The notes under the pieces are model-generated. The model made no database searches. It was given only the letters and a program-made list of their open reading frames with translations, and was not told the DNA's origin. A stretch of 64,000 nt of DNA from the human T2T-CHM13v2.0 reference genome, Homo sapiens: NCBI RefSeq assembly GCF_009914755.1, contig NC_060945.1; one strand, 5' to 3'. The first letter of the stretch is position 1; each line of letters opens with the position of its first letter. The position numbers and the translations under genes are program-made. Positions 53,941 to 64,000 of this stretch are shown in pieces.

Positions 53941-55039
53941 TTAATAATATTTAACTCTAACATACGTACTTTGAAAATTATCACCACACATATCAATTCA
54001 CCTTCTTTTAATCACATGTACACATTTTTATTTATTACTGAATTCAGTGAGGGATGCACAATATGTTCTCTTCCTGCCAAATTGGTATTCTCTTACTTAC
54101 ATAACAGATTCATCCCACCATTCAATCATCTTAGAAGCTCAACTCAACCTCAAAGTTCCTCACATATTCAATCACCTGTTCAAATCCTTCCAACAGATTC
54201 CTATCTCAGAATAAAAGTAAAATTCCAATGGCCTTTGAGGTCCTAGGTAAACAGGTCTCTACCTCCCTCTCTGACTTCAAAGCTCCTACAACTCCCTCCT
54301 GTAATTACTCCATTCCCACTGTACGTGAAGCCTGCCACCCCTCTGTCTGAAAATAGGGATCTAATGCCTTACTCATAAATCACAGGCAGCTACAAGTATC
54401 TTTGTACTGAACAAAATTATATTCCAATGATAGTCATTAAGCCTTGAAATAAAAATTAGGAGCTAATTATTAATATAAATATTCAAAGTAAACTATAAAT
54501 ACCAGTGGGAAGACTAAACCAAATATAGTTTTGCTAAATATTACCACATGTATCCTAAATTATGATTTTATAACAAGTAGGTGCCTTTAAAACATTACAT
54601 AGTCATAAAAATATGTAATTTGACATATTTTCAGATTTGTTAAATTAATATGATTAATAACAAAGATATACCAACTAAAATACATAAAAAGCTACTTAAA
54701 GCAAGGTATTACAAGACACAGCAATACACTTCAGTTCATCTGGGAAATCTAGAATTAAGTGTCAAAGATAATCAATTAAATTTTAATTTGAAAATACTCA
54801 TTTCAGGTGTAAACATTTCCATTTATACTTACATTATGGTCTTAACATGTGGCAACATAAAGTCATTAAAATTATTATTTCAGCAGTACAGAACTATCTA
54901 CCTTAAAATATGACTCTGTGCCTAATAAAATTTCATAGGTGACACAATGTCTTTTCTCAAAGTAAATCATCTCTCACCTCTACCTTTTATTTCCTAGAAA
55001 TGGGGCACGTTTCTAAGCTGGTATAGTAAACACGGTTTT

Positions 55040-55320
55040 CCTTTTTTTTTATTAAAACAGCTTTGTTGAAATATAATTTACATACTATAGAATGTATCTG
55101 TTTTAACTTAAAGTTAAAAGAATTTTTAGTCCATTTACTGAGTTGTGCAGCCATCTCTACAATCAAACTTTACAGCATTTCCATCACTGCAAGATCCCTG
55201 ACGCCCATTAGCAGTCACTACCAGCTTTCAGCCCCAGCCCTTTGCAAACATTAGTCTACTTTTTGTCCCTATACGTTTATCTTTTCTGGATGCTTCATGT
55301 AAATGGAATTATACAGTATG
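55040..55320 (-). mobile_element. Old L1M 3' end
   Basis: cagctttgttgaaatataatttacatac ... aaatggaattatacagtatg. Confidence 0.8.
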
Positions 55321-55439
55321 GTAAACACACTTTTTATCCATTGATTTTTATATTCAACTAAGTTCAACATGTATCCAGAACCAAATGTTTAAATTTTCTT
55401 TCTAAAAGTTTGAAAATATTTATCTTCCTTGATACTTAC

Positions 55440-56356
<917 letters not shown>

Positions 56357-56569
56357 CTAAATAAAACAAAAGAAAGTTTTAGCTAGTACTCAATAAAATA
56401 TCATGATTACCTCTGAAGTTAAAGAATAACCTGCACATCCATATACTAAAAAGGTTACTGTAAGTGGATATCCAACTGGAGAAAAAGTTGAAGCAAAACT
56501 TTGAACTTTATAGAGCATAAGTTCCAAAAAGTTCAGAAATTTATTTAAAGTCAATGAATTTATAAAAGT

Positions 56570-56593
56570 AAACACACACACACACACGCACAC
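56570..56593. repeat. (CA)n microsatellite
   Basis: acacacacacacacacgcaca seen directly. Confidence 0.85.
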
Positions 56594-57524
56594 CAGAGAA
56601 TTTTTAAGAATTTCAGAATTGGAAAAGCCTTTCCCTGAATTACAACAAACTCAAAAGCATAAATTAAAGCATTAACAAATTTGACTAAATTAAAATATAT
56701 CAAAAAATTGCATTTACACTTTGATATCTAACCCATACACCACCCTATAGTAAGAACCTTAGTTCACACATATTTGGACAGATAAAATTTCTCAGAGTTA
56801 TTACAGTTCTGTTTCACTGATAACATTCTATTTTAATTTGACTCTTTTAACACTTTTATAGTCAGTTGAAAGAATTACATTTACTAAATCATAAATCTAG
56901 ACATTATACTAGTCACTCCTATATACATTCATTGATGAACCCATCTAGTTACCACAAATTTGAAAAAGAAATGTTAAAAATATAAGCAAGCTACAGGATT
57001 TTCCCCAGGACTTCTTACTCTACTTCTAGTTCTCTGACAGATCACAGTTACTTCTGTGGTGTAAATGTATCAATACGAAAGAAAACATTTATTTCAAAAC
57101 ACCAATGGTAAATAAGATAAAATTTATAGAGCTCTTCTTAGAATATCATGAGATTATTTGTGATTGCAATAATTTGTTTCCTCTTTATAGTATTAGGTAC
57201 AGTAATCAATATGAAATGGCGGGAAGTACAAGGAACAATTTTACTGGGAACAAAATCTTTATCAATAGGTTATCACTAAGTATATATTATGGCATATTAT
57301 TGTTTTCAAAAGCTCTTTGTAATAAAATAATATCCTATGTGGATGCCAAGATTTATAATAAAAATAATTGTACCTGTAAGTGTCATCATTCATTTTTTAA
57401 AAATGAGATAACATTTCTGGTTTGTTTTAGACCAAAATATTATATATTAAATCAAGAGGATATTATAAGTAACATTGATAAAATAAAGTTTAAAATATAG
57501 AATTTTTACCAAAGATTTATTTAT

Positions 57525-57704
57525 CTGATTTGGAGTATTTCTTGTAGTCTTCGGTTTCATCTCTAGTGATTGAATAGTTGGTTCAAGTTGTTTTGCTTCA
57601 ACTTCTTTCTTATATTGTTTCCCTTTCCTTTCTAATTCTTCTCTATTTTTTTGTACAGCATATTAACATTTGTTTTTTCTTCACTTTCTTGTCTTAAGAT
57701 GCAT
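57525..57704 (-). pseudogene. ANKRD20A-like exon (CILRQESEEKTNVNMLYK...EAKQLEPTIQSLEMKPKTTRNTPNQ)
   Basis: ctgcag|atgcat acceptor; the expected donor reads cag|ataaat; A7 run shifts the frame. Confidence 0.85.
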
Positions 57705-58249
57705 CTGCAGACAAAGACATTTATCTTAAAATTCATTTTGTTAAAAAATAAAGAGATCATCCTGTGATCTACCTCTGCAGATGCTCTTTATCATCCTAGT
57801 AAAATTTCTATGTTCTGGATTATTTTTCCTTTGTAGTTCTCAGATATTTAATTTCTCACTTCAACATCTTCAAACGAATGCATATACTTGAAAATTAGTA
57901 AGGAAAGAATATTCTGCTAAAGTTTTTATTACTAGTCACTCTAGTATGTATTATACAAAAAGATACTGGAAATAATTCAGTATAGTTAGAAGTTCAAAAT
58001 TACCTTTTCAAATCACACAGTCATAATTATTACCTGATTAGAAAAGGTCATTTACAATCAACTAAATTTTTAAAGTTACTATTTATTGACAAGCGTATAA
58101 GTTCACTAGAAATAAATTTTCATCTCTATGAAATATTGCAGGTGTCTCTCCAAATGATTTACAGAGTAAGATATCTCTCACACAAACTATATCTGCAGAT
58201 TATTGTCATCTAAAACTAGGCTAAAGAGTCTAACATCTGTTACCCCACA

Positions 58250-58630
58250 CTTTTTCTAATTCTTTCTTAATACTTCCAGTTCACCTTCTTATTACATATA
58301 TTTTATATATTTATTAAGCTATTGTTCATTATGTGTAATATATAATTAATGCCCTTAATAAGTGTGTGTATGTTTACACAAGTTATGTTTTCCTGTGAAA
58401 TCTAGTCCCAGAAGTGGAGTTGTTGAGTTAAAGGGATGTCAGGTTATTTGAAATTTTGATAAACAGCACTAAGTTACCCTTCAGAAATAATTTACCAATT
58501 TCATATACCAACATTGTATGAGAATGCCTTTTTCCTCTCATTTTCAATGGTAGGAATTACTTTTTCAATATCAGCATGACTTTACAAAATATATCTTATT
58601 TTATGTTAATTTGCATTTTTCTGATTACTA
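58250..58630 (-). mobile_element. Old L1M fragment
   Basis: gaagtggagttgttgagttaaaggg; ttaatttgcatttttctgattacta. Confidence 0.65.
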
Positions 58631-58750
58631 GGCAGGGCTAAATATCCCTGGTAAAACTATAAAACTTGTTAATCATAATGAACATTAGTCCAATTTTGAA
58701 TTAGTTTATAGCACAATGACAATTATCTGCTGAGAAATACTGCTATAGGT

Positions 58751-59054
<304 letters not shown>

Positions 59055-59073
59055 CTGCTATAGGCTTACTTAC

Positions 59074-59237
59074 CTATCATGCTCTTCCTTCAGTTTCTTG
59101 GGAAATTGCTGAGGATACGTTTTCCCAATCTTTCTTTCTTTGGTTAATCTGTCAGCAGCAGCAGAAGATGTACTATGACATACATTTTCTGATAGTTGTA
59201 TTTTTTCACTTTTGTTTGTATTATTTCCTTCTTTGAC
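59074..59237 (-). pseudogene. ANKRD20A-like exon (VKEGNNTNKSEKIQLSEN...GKTYPQQFPKKLKEEHD)
   Basis: attaaag|gtcaaag ... atgatag|gtaagt. Confidence 0.88.
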
Positions 59238-60974
59238 CTTTAATAAAAGTAATATGAATAATAATTATTATTTTATTCAATAAAAAAACTTTTTCCCTGA
59301 TTTTTTAACTTGATTCAGGTTAACTATCACCATTTTAATGATAAAAGTATTTTGTGCTTACTTTAATTTTATCATTATACATAATAATTATAAGATACTC
59401 ATCATTTTATCATTGAAATTTTTGTCAAGTCTGCTCATTTCTGTTTGAGTGAATGGAAGAATTTTCCAAAATTTCAAAAAGGACTCTTCTCCATTTTGTG
59501 CTTTTATTCGCATCCACTCTTTGCTATCTGATATAAATGTTTATGCTAGTTGACTGGCAGAAACAGAGAAATAAAAAGACACAGGCATAACATATATCTT
59601 CTGTCATTGCCACATGGATTTTACATGAAATAGCCAGATTAAGAGGATGTAACCTTGTAGGCCTTCAAGAACAGTAAAGAAGTTTTCCCTTTTCTGCACT
59701 GAGCTATTCTTTTCCCCACTGCCTTTTATCTCTTTTTTTTTTTTTTGAATCCTGGGATATCAAAAAAGTGAAAGTTCTCCCTGAACTATGGGAACCAATG
59801 TTTGTTTGCCACAACACAAGAAGCAGAATGAAACTGCTGAGTTCCTAGTGCAGAATTCTGGAAAACGAGATGCTTCCCAGATTTCACATTCAGTTACCAC
59901 AAATGTTTATAGGTGGAACACATATGGTACAGTTATCTACTTAAGCCATATTATCTACTGAAAATGGGAGTCAAACCAACCAAGACATACGAAATGTTTC
60001 ATCCAGAGCTCTTGAGGCGGCATTCCCTAGCATTTCATGGCACCAAATAACATTATACAATTCCATGTTGCTGAATTACATAAATTACCAGATAAATTTA
60101 TCAAATTAGTCAGATATATTAAAAGTCTAACGAGCAAAGCAATTTAACACCTCAGAGGGTGGAAAAAGGCCTCATCTGCTTTTACTTTGAAAGAAGAAAA
60201 TCTCTAGATTTTTGTCTATCTTTAGAACACAGTGTACAGAACTCAACTTTCTACTAAAGAGTCAAAGGTTAAATTTTTAGCTAAGAAATTATTCTTCTTA
60301 CATGATAAAAATCATACATGCCAAAACTTACCATACTTTATTAAACAACATAATGTAAGGTCTGATTCAACAGAAATATTGGAGTGGTGATTTTTTTAAA
60401 TATGTGGAAGTATATATTTGTTTTCAAAATATTGGAAATAACCATGATGGAACTATAAATTCAAACAGTTTGAGCTAAGCAGATAAACTTGCATGCATGA
60501 AAACACATTAAACAGACTCATTTGTCTGGGAATATTCATTGCAACTCTCAAGGCGAGACGTGTTTTTGTGGCTCATCTCAGTCATTGCTTCCCTCCCATT
60601 GTATTCCCATTCTATCATTAAATAAATGTAATTCATCTCTAAATGACTATAGTAAAAAGAATCTAGAATCTAAAGCTTATTTCTTTAGCAATTTCTTTAT
60701 GTTGATCTGGTTCAGAAGGTCACATGGTATATGGCTGAATTAGTTTCCCAGCTCATATGCCACTTGGAAGACTGAGAGTGAGACTTAGGTTGATTAATGA
60801 ACAAACATTATGAGAACATTCTCCGAACCATTGTTTAGATAGCAGGACTAGTCTACTTTGACACATAATTACACATTTAGAAAACCCCGCTGTAACTGTA
60901 CACATGGGATTTTCTTGAATAGAAAATTTGACTAAATCAAATAATTGATAAAGAGAAAAAAGAAGCAGCAAGTG

Positions 60975-62090
60975 AACCTCTGTCTTTTTGAAGTTGGACT
61001 TTCTCTTTCTCCAAAGCCAGGAACTCTACTTGTAACATGCCTACCTCATTCTTTTTACTATTATTATACTTTAAGTTCTGGTACATGTGCACAATGTGCA
61101 GGTTTGTTACGTATGTACACATGTGCTATGTTAGTGACCTTGAAATATCTTGCTGTAAGTTTCTAGCTATATTTTTTGATGTTCTCTCACTATGTGGCAA
61201 AGAATAACCCAGATTTTATAATTCAAGATTCATGGTTTTGTAGTTATTAACACTGGGATTGTCATTCAGTGGCTTCTGGAATAAGCATTGTGTTGGTTTT
61301 CTGTTTTTATAAGTATCTGTAGCAGCAGAAATACTGTGGCTTTCTATCTGAATCATATGCTTCATTTCTTTGGGGTGGGTAAACCACAAATCAAAAAGAC
61401 TTTCTGGATCTCTAGACTGAGACCAATGCCTAATGTCTAATTTCCAATTAGTGGTATTTGGGTTTATACATTTTTCCATTTGCATGTCAAACTCTTAATC
61501 ATCTTTCATTTCAATCATAATTACTGGGTTCTTTACTTTTTCAGTTTCTATATCATAACAAAAATTTTCATCATCTGTGTTAGAAACAAGCTGTGTGTCT
61601 GGTTTGTTATCATTTTTATAGTCTGATTTATTTTAATTTAAATGAAGCTTAGAAGATGACTGGTAAGTGTATTTCAGGGACCTGGAGTGTGAATGGAATA
61701 AAAAGACATTTGACATGGGCTTCCTCTGTTCAGGCGCTGCCTGGACTGCCACAGAGCTAGACCCTCCAGATACATTTTTCTCCTCACAATCAGGGACATG
61801 ATTCATCACACTAGAGGGCACTCCTTTTTTGTTCATCCCTCTTTAGAGTTACCATGTAGGAGCTCTTCCTCAGGGCAAGCAGTAATTTTGGAGTTTTCAG
61901 AACTTTTACCAATATTCAGCTTGAACTTGTTTGTAATGAATTTTAAAGAAAGTCATGAATATATAGATAGATTCCCTTTATCACAGTTCTTACCCAGTTC
62001 TGGTTCTTGAGACTTTTTTGGGGGGGGGTCAGGTGCAAAATGGAAAACAAATTTGCTTGTTTTGTTTCTCAGATGTCTTTTCTGTCAGAG
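60975..62090 (-). pseudogene. Decayed large ANKRD26/CCDC144-like exon relic
   Basis: Broken ORFs VPDCEEKNVSGGSSSVAVQAAPEQRKPM, AATDTYKNRKP..NNYKTMNLEL and KNEVGMLQVEFLALEKEKVQLQK; boundaries approximate. Confidence 0.7.
61051..61135 (-). mobile_element. Very short L1PA 3' end inserted in the exon relic
   Basis: ttattatactttaagttctggtacatgtgcacaatgtgcaggtttgttac is the reverse-complement L1PA terminus. Confidence 0.88.
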
Positions 62091-63280
62091 TGCATGTTTT
62101 AAAATTAGCTTTAATCAAGTATAAACAAAGAAATATTAGAAAATAATTAAAATTTAACTGTGAAACTTAATCTATGTGTTGCTACTCTTAAATTATGGGA
62201 TTGTATCTAAAAAGTGAAAAATAATTTGCCTTGGCTTAACATAGGACAGAAACATGAACCAGCAAGCTGAACTCTCAGTGTCTGTTTGGACTAAACTTAA
62301 TGCATTTGTGTAAAATCTACCAGAAATGAATTCAAAGATGATAGGTAGTATTATAAAAGCTTCCTCTCTTACAAAGACTTTACCTCAGCATACCAGAAAG
62401 AGTGAGCCCCTACAGTGCATGTTTATTTCTGAAGATGAACTAGAGCACTAGGCAAACACTAAATTATTAAGAGCTAAACTGAACACCAATAAGAAAGAGA
62501 AGCAAAATTTTAAATTCTAATTCAAATGATATACTATGATAGTGTTATGTATCTAGATAGAATTTCTGCTTATATCCACTTCTAATATATTTTAAGTTCC
62601 GGTAGTGATAGGGTTTGGATTTTTTAAATTTTAGTAATGTTTACTATGTATTTATGTTGAAATAAAGTTATTGTTCACACCCTGACACCAAAGGTCCCAT
62701 TCTGCAAGGTAGGATTCTATTAATAGGCAACTGCATTGACTTTTATGACCCCATTCACTCCCTGAACACAGACACAGAAGTCAGCTGGTGACCACAAAAC
62801 AGAATAAATCTTTAACCTCGGCACTGGTGACCAGCAATATAAAACTGCAACATTTGAAACACTGGCAATGATGACTCCTTTAACACTAGTTTAACTCAGT
62901 GGCCATTGTTGTTAAACTGTTCATAATTTCTATTCCTCAGTAATATGACCCAATACTTCATGTTACCTTGTGTATTATGAGTAAGGTTACATAAATAAAA
63001 CAGCAAGATAATTCTGAAAATTTCTTGCCTCAATTCCAAGGGTAAAGACAACTATGAGTTACTAGAGATACTAAGAATTACTAGAATAACTAATAGTTAC
63101 TAGAGATAGTAAGAATATCTTAAGTTTCATAACTGGTTAAGATGTTTTAAAAATTAAATATAAAATTATGATCTATTGGATTCTAAAGGTATAGTCTGAA
63201 AGGTCATGTCATTTGGACTATGCTTTGTTAGTAAAGCAAAAAAAACCTAATATTAAACAAGAACTTAAATTTTCATATAC

Positions 63281-63351
63281 CTGTGATTGCTTCTTTTCAC
63301 TTCTTTCACACCTTTCTTGCTCTTCCTCTAAAGCCACTGGTAAGGTTTGTT
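63281..63351 (-). pseudogene. ANKRD20A-like 71-nt exon (EQTLPVALEEEQERCERSEKKQSQ)
   Basis: tcaacag|aacaaac ... tcacag|gtatat. Confidence 0.85.
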
Positions 63352-63868
63352 CTGTTGACAAATTCATTGATTTAGTTCAAATGAACTAAGAAGAGTTAGA
63401 TAAAGACTATAATCTTTATAAAAATAAATAGAGAATAACATTTCTTTGTATTTTATATTTTGAGAGTTTGAATGAAACAATGTTTACTGAAATATTTACT
63501 TCTGTAAGAAATACTTCTAATTATCCAAAACTTCAACAAACCACTTGGGGAGACACCAGATATCACCAGATTCAAGCCATGCAAAATCTCAGGGACACTC
63601 ACAAATTGTTCCACCCAACGTAAGTCAACAAAACTGTTGGAAACAAAACAGAAATTTGAAATACAGTCAAAATATACAATGTAATGCTTTACTATACTTC
63701 ATAACAGTATCTTTTTAACAAGACACTAATTGAGTTAGCAGTTACTAATAACTTGCAAAATTATTGTTGTTTATACCTCAATTAGTGTGCACCCCATTTT
63801 TTATATCACAAATGTTTTCCCCTGCTATTCTGAAAAATTTATTTTCATCTTTTAAGACTCAGAAAGTA

Positions 63869-64000
63869 GGCTGGGCATAATAGCTCACATCTGTAATCCC
63901 AGCACTTTGGAAGGCCAAAATGGGAGAATTGCTCAAGGCCAAAAGTTTAAGACCAGCCTGGGAACCATAGGTAACCTTGACTCTACAAAAAATTAGACAG
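63869..64000 (+). mobile_element. Alu (AluJ/FLAM-like), cut by the window end
   Basis: ggctgggcataatagctcacatctgtaatcccagcactttgg. Confidence 0.9.

Noticed and set aside
57105-57500. 131-aa plus-strand ORF
   Set aside because: AT-rich intronic sequence antisense to the pseudogene; no homology recognised.

Overview
Primate (human-like) genomic DNA typical of a pericentromeric segmental duplication. I find no intact protein-coding gene and no evidence for a new gene system. Right half (~40-64 kb): minus-strand exons of a disabled ANKRD20A/ANKRD18-family (ANKRD26-derived) pseudogene among Alu, L1 and LTR elements. Left half (1-34 kb): two diverged direct copies of one cassette, [ACTGACCAGG-type minisatellite] - [MST MaLR element] - [SNX18 processed pseudogene] - [GC-rich inverted-repeat unit]. 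In copy A (1-5.9 kb) the GC-rich unit is amplified about 3.5-fold. In copy B (14.8-32.2 kb) the MST element forms a ~14.7 kb tandem array of ~3-3.4 kb units. Between the copies lie a 5'-inverted L1, ERV-like DNA, an old L1 5' end and an ACTB 3'UTR retrocopy. The most unusual signal is the density of short (50-270 bp) inverted copies of nearby DNA in the first 32 kb, several with junction microhomology or a fold-back hairpin, in unrelated host sequences. This suggests repeated replication template switching (inference). Family names come from recalled sequences, not database searches; repeat boundaries are approximate.
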